DNA from: Octopus vulgaris
Lineage: Eukaryota
Assembly (NCBI GenBank): GCA_951406725.2
Contig: OX597817.1
Location: forward strand, 2,542,001-2,606,000
DNA: 64,000 nt
Direction: 5' to 3'
Positions 1-12,990 of the stretch are shown here, one piece after another (position 1 is the first letter of the stretch; each line of letters starts with the position of its first letter). The translations under genes were made by a program, and so were the position numbers. The notes under the pieces were generated by a model that was not told the origin of the DNA, made no database searches, and saw only the letters and a program-made list of their open reading frames with translations.

Positions 1-775
1 CTGGAAAGGTTTTAGCATTTATAAGCAGCCCTCTTTCCCTTTTTCTGGCAAGGATGTAGTCAATCTGGCTGGTGTGTCTGCCAGAACGGTAGGTGACTAG
101 GTGAGAGGTGGGTTTCCTGAAGTTGGTATTGCAGACCATAAGGTCATTTGCATCGCAGAACTCCAGCAGCCTGGTTCCCTCCTCATTTCGAGAACCAAAA
201 CCGTAGCCTCCATGGACGCCATGGAAGCCCCCGACATGCCATCCGACATGTCCATTGAAATCACCTGCCACGAAGAGAAGGTCACTGTCATTTGTCAACG
301 AGGTAGTCCGCAATAGGGTGTCATAGAATTGGTCTTTTTGTCCTTTTGGTAGTCCTGGTTGAGGGGCATATGCCGAGATGATGGTAGCTGTCCTGTGGTG
401 AAGGACTAATCTAATTTTAATTACTCTGTCACTTACTCTGACTACCTCGATTACCTTACCCACCCATTTCTCTGCAAGAAGTATACCCACGCCCCCGACC
501 CCGTCAGTGTTCCCTGCCCAGAAAATCTTGTACCTGTGTTCCTTGCCTGTGAGGAGCCTAGCGGAACCTCCTCTCCACCTTACTTCCTGGATACAACATA
601 CATCCACACGTCTCCGTTCAAGCAGCTCTACAATCTCTCCAGACCTACCTTTCAATGTGCCAACATTGAGTGTGCCAACTCTGAGGGTGTGGGAGGTGTA
701 GGTCTCTGAGACCCTGGGATGAGGGACAGTCGTGTCATGTACCTGAAAAGAAAGCTTGCAGTTGGCAGATTTCAT
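1..775 (-). mobile_element. RTE-clade LINE ORF, N-terminal apurinic-like endonuclease domain; open frame continues beyond the window start
   Basis: Manual translation from ATG at 775 gives 258 stop-free codons: MKSANCK...LRVGTLNVGTLKGRSGEIVELLERRRVDVCCIQEVRW...GVGGVGILL...SDRVI...ISAYAPQ...LFVAGDFNGHVG...GYGFGSRNEEGTRLLEFC...NTNF...SQIDYIL. These are the EEP/APE motifs of RTE elements. Confidence 0.92.
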
Positions 776-1050
776 ACTGAAACACTAGACTTCAACCTGC
801 ATACATTTCACAGTTTTTGCGCTATATGATCAAATAAACCCTACATGGGGATGGGGGTGGGGGTGGTAAGTAAGACTGGGTTAGAAACTTCCATACAGCT
901 GCATACGTTTCACCGTTTTTGCTCCATATGATCAAAAAGAACCAACGTGGATGTATACGTGGTGGGGGGAGTCAAGACAATGGTAGAAACTTCCGGTTAT
1001 TGGTAGAAACTTCCGGTTATTGGTGGAGGGGGTGGGAGGGCGGGCGCCTC
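776..1050 (-). promoter_or_regulatory. Probable RTE 5' UTR with tandem ETS-type motifs
   Basis: Directly upstream of the ORF. The 20-bp unit tggtagaaacttccggttat is repeated twice at 981-1020, each giving ACCGGAAGT on the minus strand; GC-rich end at about 1050. Confidence 0.4.
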
Positions 1051-1692
1051 GAAGGAGCAGCGAGAATGAATATAAATCGTAGGAAATATTACACACCATC
1101 TAGAAACTTTGGAAATATTAGTAGAACATAATTTAAATGAGAGGGGGCGAGATAGTACTTGTAAGAAGTCATTTGGAATGGAATAACACGAGGAGGCCTG
1201 AAAACAAAACAGACAGGAAGCCAAGTTGGCAATGGCGATATAGATAAAGATAATATAGAAACGGGATTAGGTTTACGATCAACGCTTAAAAAATATGAAT
1301 ATGAGTGGCAGGTTAAAAGTGAAGAACGCTTATCTGGTCATATTTCTGAGATCCGTGTTGTCATCAAGTAGCTCGAGAAATGGGACGAAATAAAATCGTA
1401 CACTGGTTTATAAGGAGTTAGGAATTGGGGGAGGGAGTAAAACAGGGTGGCCTTGAAAGCAAGGAAGGAATTGAGAGGACAGGAAGCCATGCTGACAATG
1501 GCGATAAGATAAATAAAGAAACGGGATTTGGTTTACGACCAACGCTTAAAATATGGGGTTGAAATATAATTCGTAGGGAATATTACACACCATCTAGAAC
1601 TTTGGAAGGAGCAGCGAGAATGAATATAAATCGTAGGGAATATTACACACCATCTAGAAACTTTGGAAATATTAGTAGAACATAATTTAAAT
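1051..1692. repeat. Internally duplicated unclassified repeat
   Basis: 1051-1138 recurs at about 1604-1692; about 1210-1297 recurs at about 1478-1556; tattacacaccatctagaa occurs three times. Confidence 0.7.
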
Positions 1693-1730
1693 ATATATAT
1701 GTGTGTGTGTGTTTATATATATATATATAC

Positions 1731-1947
1731 AACTTATAAACAAGGGCAAAAGAAAATTATTTCTATTCTAATATGCTGATAACAGATAGTTAAATCCTCA
1801 ATTTCCACATATTATTATATACCCACTATTTCAGCACAACGTATTTCTGTAGTGGGTATATAATAATATGTGGAAATTGACGATTTAAAAGTCTGTTATC
1901 AGCATATTGGCATAGAAATAATTTTCTTTTGCCCTTGTTTATAAGTT
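1731..1947. repeat. Inverted repeat (hairpin), about 98-bp arms, in a (TA)n context
   Basis: aacttataaacaagggcaaaagaaaattatttctat...cccacta pairs with tagtggg...atagaaataattttcttttgcccttgtttataagtt; about 21-nt spacer. Confidence 0.9.
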
Positions 1948-2040
1948 TTTTTATAATTTTAACCTTTAAAGGTATTTTAATATGCTGTCACTTTTTTGAT
2001 GAAATTTTTTTCTGTAAAAAAACTTCATCCTATATTAGTA

Positions 2041-2102
<62 letters not shown>

Positions 2103-2219
2103 TTGTCATGATTGTCGCCATGTTTATGCAGTAGCCCGAATGGTTTTAGTCGGATAAATCAACCCCAGTACTTATTTCTGAGAATCTGGTACTTCTTCTA
2201 TCGAACTCTACTGACGAAC

Positions 2220-2376
2220 CATTGGTTTTACAGATACGACGGTCTTTCACACAGTTTCTGTGAACAAAATTCACTTCAGGCGTTTCTTGGCTTGGGTTTA
2301 CAGTGGAAGCTACATGTCCAAGACTGAACGTGATTAGAAACGGAGATTGTTAACCACAGATTTATCCCTGCGCCTA
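2220..2376 (-). mobile_element. Degraded tRNA-derived SINE head (family of 5141-5633)
   Basis: Reverse complement resembles the 5141-5306 and 25621-25775 copies. Confidence 0.5.
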
Positions 2377-2538
2377 TATACACATATACTTACATAGATA
2401 CATGGTTATATACATATATTTATGTATATCGTGTACTTGTGTATGTATATGTACCTATGTGTGAGCATATATACATATATTTATGTATGTAAATATGTAT
2501 GCATGTATATACCATCGATCAAAAATAGGCACCAACCC

Positions 2539-2633
<95 letters not shown>

Positions 2634-3456
2634 TATATATATACGTATGTATTGTATGTAAGAATGTATAAATAGCTTAATAGATACATAGATACAGACA
2701 GACAGATATAGATATAAAGATATACATGAAGTTATATAGAAAGAGATATATGTATGTGTATGTATATACATGCACGCATACATGCATACATACATACATA
2801 CATACATACATACATACATACATACACACACACATTCATACATGCATGTATACATACATACATAGATACTTACATACATGAAGATAGACAAACATATACA
2901 CATACTTGTATGTATGCATCAGATACCGGAATTAATCAAAGGAATGTAATTTTTTTTTAAAAATCAATATTTCTATTGTGTATAAACGAATTATGATGTT
3001 TATTACTTTTTATGTGTGTGTGTATATAAATGATATGTGCGTATGTCAATGAGAAAATTTAATAACAAAATGTAATAAATATATTAATGATATAAACATA
3101 TAACTATTATGAAAGAAATAAATAAAAGTATATGAATATCGATTAGACCAATATTTTACATCGAAGTATAATAAAAAAAAAAATGTAATATAAAGACGAT
3201 GCTTTTATGATACAGATTATTAATAAAGAGACACACACGTGTGAGGTTTGCGTACGCGTAAGGGTGTGTAGATTATTCCATCGAAAGTTCCCTTCAAACA
3301 TAAAGTTGTGATCGCAGCGATAATAATGGAGAAGCCAACTCATATTTTTCGGGCTGTAAGTTAATGTTTTCGTTACAAATTCGCTTTCAAGATATGTATA
3401 AAAATGTAATTCGGACATTTACTCCGTATGGTCTTCAAATGTATAAAAAAAAATAA

Positions 3457-3698
3457 ATGTGCTCTTTTTAAAGCCTAGCCAGGCTCATGGGCCCGGTTTC
3501 TCGGTTTCCATGGCGTATGTGTTCCCCAGCTGGACGGGACGCCAGTCCATTGCAGCGTTACTCATTTTTGCCAGCTGAGTGGACTGGAGCAACGTGAAAT
3601 GAAGTGTTTTGCTCAAGAACACAACGCGTCGCCCGGTCCAGGAATCGAAACCACAATCTTAGGATCATGATGCTGACACCCTAACCACTAAGCCACGC
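3457..3698 (-). mobile_element. tRNA-derived SINE with V-domain-like core
   Basis: A box (TGGCTTAGTGG), B box (GTTTCGATTCC) and the core ATGGACTGGCGTCCCGTCCAG; near-identical copy at 22203-22447. Confidence 0.85.
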
Positions 3699-4103
3699 AG
3701 CTAGTAGAAAATATTTTCCTTTTGGTTCTTTAGAGTGATTTCATATGTTAAAAGTCATTATTGTCGGTTACTTTCAACTCCAGATCAGCGTAAAACAGAT
3801 TATTCAGTTTTTTGACACTTCAGAATGTGTTCATTCGAAAACACTGCATTTGCTAACCGCCTGTCCCTAAATTCCATCAGAAATATCATGCTAATGAAAT
3901 AGATCATCTCAGGTTGTTATACAAACTGCTTTCACATCTCTGGCTACCTCAACGGGACGTACACTTAAATTGGCCTAAATTATTCAAGAAGGACCTGAGG
4001 GAAATTAAATGCGAAGAATAACGATACTAAATATCTACTGACAACCCGAAAAATCATTCGTAGTTGAAATGGGGAATTTGGACGAAATAGAATACTTTGA
4101 AAT

Positions 4104-4182
4104 CGATGATGATGATGATGATGATGACGATCATGATGATGATGATGATGATGATGATGATAATGACGATGATGGTGATGAC

Positions 4183-4235
<53 letters not shown>

Positions 4236-4560
4236 CGATGATGACGATGATGATGATGACGATGATGGTGATAATGATGATGATGATGATGACGACATCG
4301 ATGATGATGATGACGATGATGATGATGACGACGACGACGACGATGATGATGATGATAGTGACGATCATGATGATGATGATGATGATGACGACGACGACGA
4401 CAGCGACAGCGATGGTGACGACTAGGACGACGGCGATGATGATTGCGACGACAACGATGACGACGCTGATGTCAATGACGAAGACGACGATAGCGACAAG
4501 GATGACAAGGAGGATTAGAGTGATGATTATGAGGAGAGTGAGAATGATGAGGATGATAAT
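4104..4560. repeat. (GAT/GAC)n trinucleotide microsatellite
   Basis: Direct reading; decays toward the 3' end. Confidence 0.95.
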
Positions 4561-4981
4561 ATTAAAGCTCTAGAATAAAAATACATAAATACAGAAAAAG
4601 CTGTGTTTGAATTAACAAGGATGGTAAGTTAGGATTAATGTCGATTTTCCGCATCCAATTAAAATACGTTTTAAAAGGTCTTTCAGCACTCCACGTGATA
4701 AACGTCGTTTATATACCAAGGTAGATGTAGCCAATTAAATTGAGTTAAATAATACCAGTAACTAAAAAAGTAAAACGTTTAAAGAAAAATAAAAAACAAT
4801 GACCTCAAGTTGGCATCTTAAATTATAAAATATTCTAACCAGAACTTTACAGTACTTGACATTTCATTGAGAATGTACAGAAGATAGAGTAATACAGAAT
4901 TATATATTAGACTCGAAGAATTACATACATGCATACACGCATACGGAAAATCTATAATATTATATACAACATACATAAAGA

Positions 4982-5028
<47 letters not shown>

Positions 5029-5140
5029 CACACACACAGGGTATAAGGCACTAAAATATGCATGTAAAAGTACGTGTGGAGAATACACTCACACATACAC
5101 ACATACATACAAATACATATATATATATATACAAACATAT

Positions 5141-5316
5141 AGGCACAGGCGTGGCTGTGTGGTAAGAAGCTTGCTTCCAAACCACAAGGTTTCGGGTTTA
5201 GTCTCACTGCGTGGCACCTTGGGTAAGTGTCTTCTACTACAGCCCCGGGACGACCAAAGCCTAGTGAGCGGATTTGGTAATCAGAAACTGAAAGAAACCC
5301 GTCGTGATGTATATAA

Positions 5317-5368
<52 letters not shown>

Positions 5369-5633
5369 ATATAAATATGTGTGTGTGTGTGCGTGCGTGT
5401 GTGTGTATGTGTGTGTATATGTATATATTCTTGTGTTTGTGTTTGTCTGTGTCTGTGTTTGTACCGCCGCCATCGCTTGACAACCGATGTTGACGTGTTT
5501 ACGTTCCCGTAACTTAACGGTTCAATAAAAGAGAACGATAGAATAATTACTTGGCTTACAAAGAATATTCCTGGGTTCGACTTCTTCGATTTAAGTTAAA
5601 TGACTGAAGCAAGTAAAATAATAAAAGAATAAA
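5141..5633 (+). mobile_element. tRNA-derived SINE with internal (TA/TG)n spacer
   Basis: Head GGCGTGGCTGTGTGGTAAG...GGCACCTTGGGTAAGTGTCTTCTAC, then microsatellite, then a tail ending AAATGACTGAAGCAAGTAAAATAATAAAAG; parts recur at 25621, 28128 and 29520. Confidence 0.8.
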
Positions 5634-6089
5634 TATATATCCTGATAGGACCAACCTACATAGATTTATGCAAGATTGCACCAAAGGACTTACTTCTACA
5701 AGATCGGAAAATTGAACTCTGAACTTTTATGCTTCGTTTTTCTTCTCTTTCTCATCTCCTTATTATTTTAGTCCTGTCCTCTATGTCGTTATTTCATTAA
5801 TCTACACACTTCTCATTTTCCCTATTTGTCCTTCACTCTGAGATATTCTTGAAACAGCTGTAAGAATTTTTTTCCAATAATAATAATAATGTATATGACT
5901 TAAGATGTTTTGCCTTGCCTTAACATTTATTGTCCTCTTTAACAATTATATAACCGCTACACCGGAAATCTGCAATGGCTCCATAACTACCGTCTCGGCC
6001 ATAACCTTGGAGCCCTAGTAATCCGTTATAGCACTTACGTAGCGTACCTAGTCATTTAGATTACCTGTGAACTAAACCTCCATATTTTG

Positions 6090-6140
<51 letters not shown>

Positions 6141-6265
6141 TTGTTTGTGTGTGTATGTACATGTATATGTATATATATACATATATATATATATGTATAT
6201 GTATATACATATATATATAATAATAAATCTCAGAGCGAGTTATAAACAGTAGCTACAACACATCG

Positions 6266-6509
6266 TGATGTACATTTGCCATTTAAATATGGCTAACTCC
6301 TAAGGGTGGATTCTACTGTAGTTTGTTGCCCCAGGAGGACACCTCCTCCAGCTGGCTTTAGACGGGAAGGATGGCTTCCCTTTGCAAACACTGATAGGGC
6401 ACGGAAAGTGTGTCTAAAGCCAGCTGGAGGAGGTGTCCTCCTGGAGCTACAAACTACAGTAGCATCCACCCTTAGGGGTTAGCCATATTTAAATGGCAAA
6501 TGTACGTCA
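6266..6509. repeat. Inverted repeat, about 98-bp arms with 48-nt spacer, between (TA)n tracts
   Basis: tgatgtacatttgccatttaaatatggctaac...ggctttagac pairs with gtctaaagcc...ttagccatatttaaatggcaaatgtacgtca. Confidence 0.9.
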
Positions 6510-6513
6510 TATA

Positions 6514-6556
<43 letters not shown>

Positions 6557-6617
6557 GAGAAAGAGAGAGAGAGAGAGAGTGAGAGAGAGAGTGAGAGATA
6601 AATAGATATGCTTCTTT

Positions 6618-6770
6618 ATGTTCTGAGTTCAAATTTCACCGAGGTTAACTTTGCCGTTCCTACTTTCGAGGTCAATATTGAAATAAGTACCAGTTGAGTA
6701 CTGGAGTCGATGTAATAGTCTTACTCCACCCCATGTGTGCCAAAATTTAAATGGATATTGTAGGGTAAAT
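6618..6770 (+). mobile_element. Partial SINE (family of 9062-9345)
   Basis: GTTCTGAGTTCAAAT...GAGGT...AATAAGTACCAGTTGAGTACTGG core. Confidence 0.7.
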
Positions 6771-7215
6771 TATACCATATACGATTGGACTTCATAATTA
6801 CAGAGGAGAAGTTGTTATATGACATTAACAGACATGTAATTATTTCATGGTAAAAGCTGCGTGATAGTGCATCTGGGGGCAGCTGCTGAAATTGTTCAAA
6901 CGACAATGATGCATATATCTTCCTCTTGGTGTATATTAGCACTTGATTGATAGCTTTCGAATGGTGATTGGATTTGGGCTATACATACAGTGGATACCAT
7001 GATTGCAATATTCGTTCCACTTTCCCCAAAATATTAAATATATGTATTTATATGCAAATGTACTGTTCCACTGAAATTTCGCGCCCAGATATATGCCTGC
7101 ATGTCCACCTGGATTCCTCTTATAGGTACTCTTTATCTCGTAGAATTGATCCCCTGAGCGCTACTGTTTTCTATATCGAGAATCTCTCGGTTTCATCTGT
7201 TGACTATATAACTAT

Positions 7216-7285
<70 letters not shown>

Positions 7286-7639
7286 GTATGTATGTATGTA
7301 TATATATTAGTGTGGCGTAGGTAAAATAATTGAGATTAGGATAGAGGAGTAAAGAAAGGATATTCAGGAACTTTCTCAACTTTTAGCAACTTTTAAAGAC
7401 GTGTTTCTGAATTTTCTCGCATCACTTTAGATTTATACGCATTTCCTTATTTATTATTTACACGTATCTTAAATACATGCATCCCATTAAGGGTTGTAAT
7501 AATAAAAGCCTAAGGAAAGGTAAAGGTTAAAATACTTAAAATATTTACAGACAACATCAATAGGCATAGTAAAAAAATGATATTACAACATAATTATTTC
7601 TTACTATCACCAAATACACACAACACATGCCGATATATA

Positions 7640-7845
7640 TAATTAAGCAACAACAAAAATAAAAACGAAGAAAAAACACAAGAAAGAAGCAACAATGCTA
7701 GGACGTGGTACAAGCAAAGTATTAAAAGACGCCCAGGGGAGGAAAGAAAGGTTGTTATACGTTTCGAGCGAAGCCCCTCTTCAACAGGAGACAGAGGTAA
7801 GTCCAAAAGAAAAGGAAGACGGAGGGAAAAAATGACCAACAATCC
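7640..7845 (-). mobile_element. Penelope-like pLTR fragment with hammerhead-like motif
   Basis: Minus strand CTGTTGA-A-GAG-gggcttcg-CTC-GAAA-CG-TA at 7755-7790; its tail is similar to 22991-23098(+). Confidence 0.5.
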
Positions 7846-7846
7846 A

Positions 7847-8060
7847 CATGTATGTATGTATGTATGTATGTATGTATGTATGTATGTATGTATGTGTATA
7901 TATATATATGTCTATATGCATATATTTATATATTATATATATATATATATATGTATGTATATATACATTCAAAGTCTATCTATCTATCTATCTATCTATC
8001 TATACATATATATATATATATATACATATATATATACATATATATTATATATATACATAC

Positions 8061-8093
<33 letters not shown>

Positions 8094-8174
8094 CATATAT
8101 ATACATACATACATACATATACATATATATATACATATATATATATACATATATATATACATACATACATATAT

Positions 8175-8207
<33 letters not shown>

Positions 8208-8216
8208 TATATATAT
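7847..8216. repeat. Compound (TATG)/(TA)/(TATC)/(TACA) microsatellite
   Basis: Direct reading. Confidence 0.95.
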
Positions 8217-9061
8217 CCTTAATGCAATGCTCAAGCAGAACCTGATACAGTGTTGGACAAAGCTGCAAAGCTGTACCATTTGAATTACTATTACAATTCA
8301 CCCGACGGGCGTCTACATTGCAGTTTCTGCCTACACAGCTTCAGCAAATAACATGGGTTCATCCAAGGAAGTAGAAGATGATATTTACGTTCAAAATGAC
8401 ACACGACTGTGGTGTTTGTGTTTTCTTTGCGTTATTGGAAGTGTTTTCGCCTAGACGGAAGATATGGTAGGTATATGTATGTGCATAACTATATGTAGAA
8501 GTGATTATCTTGCGAATATTTGAATTAACAGAAAAGGTGGGTCTTCGGCCTTAATTCTAATATGATGAAGCAATGAGCATTAATTATGACATGATTCGTG
8601 TACATAAAGGTTAAAAAATAAAAGTGAATCCAATTCAATTTGACCCTCGTACACAATATTGGAAACCTGATTGGGATGAACAATTAGAGGAACAGACACA
8701 GAATTAGCGTGTCTGTACACGTTAGCTATGCAACTTATAAAAAACAGAGTGAGAGGCAGATAGATAAATAAGGTGTACACCAGAGACAAATAGGTGGAGG
8801 GAAGATGAGGGAGAATGAAAGAGAAGGATAAATATTTAACTGAGAAATGAAATGTAGAGATAGCAATGATACTGTTTGTATTATCATAAAATCACATTTC
8901 TGTACTATTTTAATGTCTTAACAAGATTGTGAATAGGCAACTACGATATATATAAAATCTTAGAGCGTTCGTTTGGAACGGGAATATGATGTATTATGCA
9001 GAAAAAAGCTTTCTGAGGTATGTGTCAGTAAAAAGAATAAGGTTGGTAGGAAAGATACATG

Positions 9062-9345
9062 AAGACAGCGAGCTGGCAGAAACGTTAGCACGCCGGGCGA
9101 AATGCGTAGCCGTATTTCGTCATCTGAGTTCAAATTGCGCCGAGGTCGACTTTGCCTTTTCATCCTTTCGGGGTCGATTAAATTAAGTACCAGTTACGCA
9201 CTGGGGTCGGGATGTAATCGACTTAATCCATTTGTCTGTCCTTGTTTGTCCCTTCTGTGTTTAGCCCCTTGTGGGTAGTAAAGAAATAGGTATTTCGTCA
9301 GCCGTTACGTTCTATGTTTTTGCCCCTTGTAGGCAATAAAGAAAT
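9062..9345 (+). mobile_element. tRNA-derived SINE, the most abundant family in the window
   Basis: GAGCTGGCAGAAACGTTAGCACGCCGGGCGAAATGC...GAGTTCAAAT...GAGGTCGACTTTGCCTTT-CATCCTTTCGGGGTCGAT...AAGTACCAG; about 10 copies in the window. Confidence 0.88.
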
Positions 9346-11623
9346 AAGAAAGGTACATTCATGGACACCGTGGATGCAGAGCGGTGGGTTTGATTGTCCT
9401 TTGAGATATCTAACGATATAGGGAGATCGTCAGGAAGAAAACAGAAACGTAAACTTATTTTGCGACATTGATAGTAGATTATATACTACTATCAAATAAC
9501 AACTCTCGACATTACCATCAAAGAAGCCTTGCTAGTAATAGTAGCCAATCTTCCTTGTATTCGTTCATATAGTCTTAGATATCTCTAGAAAGACGGAACG
9601 GCCACAATCGGAACGTATTGGATCAGAGATAAGCTGATTGGTGTTAAAGAACATCAACAATAATAACAGCAAAACCAATGAATTAACTCAGAGGATAAGC
9701 CTGTGAATACTTTTAGAACACACTTTCTTGCGTCTTATATTTTGCTTCTATACATTTTTTTTTAATATGCATTCTCCATTCAATCCTAGATTAATCTTTG
9801 AACCCAGTTAATGAAATCAAGTCACTATGCATTTTGATTTTCTCAACGAAATGCATATTTAATAAAATGATTCAGAAATGCAATGCCAAACTGCCACAAA
9901 TGTCAAGTGCGTCCAACTGAATAATTCTTTCGAAAATCCGAAGAAGATTGTCAAATGCAATCAAGTGTTTATATTTCGTGCGATATAACTTTCTACTCTA
10001 TCTAAATTAAAATCTATAAAAATATTCAAATTATTCCGCATATTAAATGAGTCGCAATACAGCACAAGAATACTTATTCTTGGCATTGGTAACCTTCCAA
10101 GCTATTTCATAATTTCTAATTGCTATTGTAGTGAGTCATCAAGTAATCACTGATCGAGCCGGGAAACCATGACCATACACATTTTGGAATATTGTATCCC
10201 AGATTGTATCCCAGATTTGTATGTTTTACTGTAAAGACGGTACGTTTGGTTGAAAGAAATTTATAGGACAAGTGACCGTGTAAGCGTAAAAGATTATCTC
10301 GACTGCTTGATAATTTCTGGTTTGTTCAACACTGTAGACTGTTTTAGTGTTATTCTGCCTTCATTTTAATCTCTGCTTCAAGGATAAGCGAGCGTGTGAA
10401 AGGTTTAGTGTTTTACAGAGACGACACAAGAATGATCGTGAGATGATGCCAGCTCATGATTCTTCAGCCCCTATTTCTCGAACATTGACACTTTTCAGAA
10501 CCTGAAACGTGGCCCACATTAAAATTACAAAGCCACCCTTTTATCTTAAACACGTATAACTGTTACGCTTGGTTACATATATCAATTGCAATATATTTAA
10601 CTCACGATGATAACTGACTATTTCTGTTTAGATATATCTAAAGAAAGGAAGAAGTTATGTGTCCATAATCTTAAGAGAAAATAACATTATGCATAAATTA
10701 GATGATGACAAAATTCCCGAGGTTAATGTTTTAGTTTGAATGGCAAGTATCGTTGTAGTTCGCTTTAGCTTTCATCTCACCAAAAATGATAAAATCGCAA
10801 ACAACATTGTATCGAAAATATTTAATTCTCAGAACTTTGTTTTCTTTAAAAATTGGTTCAGTGATTAGAGATAAATTTTAGCTTTGAAAGTGTGAAGAAA
10901 TTGAAAAATAAAAAACGAAACCATTTGAGTGTTTAACTCTTGACTTTCCCAGACGAGTGTAAAGATCAATCAAAGCATTACAAAATAATAGAAACGTTAA
11001 CTATATAGCCGTCAACCTCCTGTAGTTACAGAGCGAATTACTTTTATGCGACGTAATATTACAACAAGATGGACAACAGATCTAGGGAGTTTCAATGTGG
11101 TATTTTACCTTCTACTTTGCCCTTAAATGAAAGCCTACCGTTTAAAACAGTCTAAAGAAAGGATACATTGAACAATATAATTATAGCTATACCCCTCCAA
11201 GAATGGTAAATTACGGCATGAACGTCGTGTATCTTAGGTCAAGGCCAATGAGTGGTTAAATGTGAACATTAATAAAAGTGAAATAGAATTAGACAATAAA
11301 ACTATATACTTTTCAGAGAGAATAACGGGTTATGACCATAGCTGATTTCCCCAGCAAAGATAGCTGTTATTGCATTAGTGCATTGTCACTAGTATGACTG
11401 TTACTTCATTTTAAGTGAGGCGTCATGGTTTAACAGTTAATGGTAACTCTTTTTTCTTTTGATAGGCTACAAAGGCTACACATATCTATTCGTTTATTCT
11501 TTTCCTGGTTTCAGTCATTGGGCTGCAGTCATATTAGAGTACCTCTTTCCGATGTTTTCTTCTATTTTTTTTCGACCATTTCAACCCTAGTACTTTTTTC
11601 AGCCTGGTACTTATTTCGTAGTA

Positions 11624-11889
11624 CAATAATCCCTCGACTATCGCACGTGTTACGTTCCAAAACATCCCACAGAAATAATTAAAATCTAAAAAAATATAAA
11701 TATCTATCGGTCGCAGAAACCCGCGATATACTGAGGATTCCGCGATATAAATTTACATATATTAACCAGAAAAATCCGCAATGTACTGAGTGCGCGCTAG
11801 GTGAACCGCGATGTGTTGAGTGCGCGCTAGGTGAACCGCGATGTGTTGAGTGCGCGCTAAGTGAACCGCGATATGGCGAGGGATTACTG
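11624..11889. mobile_element. Tigger/pogo-type MITE with three 30-bp internal tandem units, nested in a degraded SINE
   Basis: TA|CAATAATCCCTCG ... CGAGGGATTACTG|TA TIRs with TA target duplication; unit gagtgcgcgctaggtgaaccgcgatgtgtt x3. Confidence 0.85.
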
Positions 11890-12082
11890 TACTCTATTTG
11901 TCGATCTGTTAAGGTAATAAGGAAACCCAACATAGATAATACCGGTTTTCTGCTCTATTTAAACTGTATATTCCCACACGCTAACATAGAGAAACGGTCA
12001 GACGCATTAAAGGTACTGCAAAGTCGATTCGAAACTGAAGCCAGATGATTTGAAGCGAACTTCTTAACCGCACTGCCAAATA

Positions 12083-12121
<39 letters not shown>

Positions 12122-12575
12122 CTGAATTTAGAGTTATAATTATCTTTCAATGATCAACAAACACAAGTACATACGCAAGCTGGTGTCCTGTCTTCGGGTG
12201 AACCATCCACAAATTGACTAAAATGCGAATGTTTTTGGTCTCATTCTGTTTAAGTTATTATAGTTGACATTCGATCACACAACCTCTTTCTCGACAAACC
12301 AAACGATAAACATAGCAACCAGCAACTCATACCAGCAAAACCAAATACAAATATCTTTCGAAATAACTTTCAACAACTGAAAAACTCAATTAAAATTTAA
12401 CTTTTTTTTATTAGGGGTTAAAATCTAAAATTACACATTCGTTCAAAAGGACTAATAAAATGCATAAATATACATACTCATATATATACAGATATATAGA
12501 CATATATATATATATATATACATACATATATATATATAAACATAAACATATATATATACATACACACACATATAC

Positions 12576-12647
<72 letters not shown>

Positions 12648-12687
12648 ATGTGTGTATATATATACATATAAGTATGGAATTATAAAA

Positions 12688-12990
12688 TATAATTATAATT
12701 AAGGGCTCTGGAATGTTGGTATTAATGAATAGATTAAACGGTATGTATATGTATTTCTGTTTATATGTTTATCGGTGTAGTTCTACTGAGGATTGCAACG
12801 CAATTTCTATTGCAGGATATGAACTCTTAAGATATAGGATTATCCGAAATTTTGTAAATCTTCTTGCCTATTACCTCGCATCAGACCTAGGTTTATAAAT
12901 AGAGATCTAATTTAGAGTGAATAGTGGGTGTTTGACGTCAGCTTTTAGCGAAAAGGCGCTAGCATTCCAAAGCCCTTAATTATAATTATA
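12688..12990. repeat. Inverted repeat, about 32-bp arms, between (TA)n tracts
   Basis: tataattataattaagggctctggaatgttgg pairs with ctagcattccaaagcccttaattataattata. Confidence 0.8.

Noticed and set aside
5830-5865. Hammerhead at ctgagatattcttgaaacagctgtaag (and gtgatgcg...gaaacacgtc near 7400, minus strand)
   Set aside because: Core too degraded and helix II absent; possibly old PLE ends but not supportable.
11788-11872. Regular 30-bp repeats as a CRISPR array
   Set aside because: No unique spacers, eukaryotic context, located inside a MITE.
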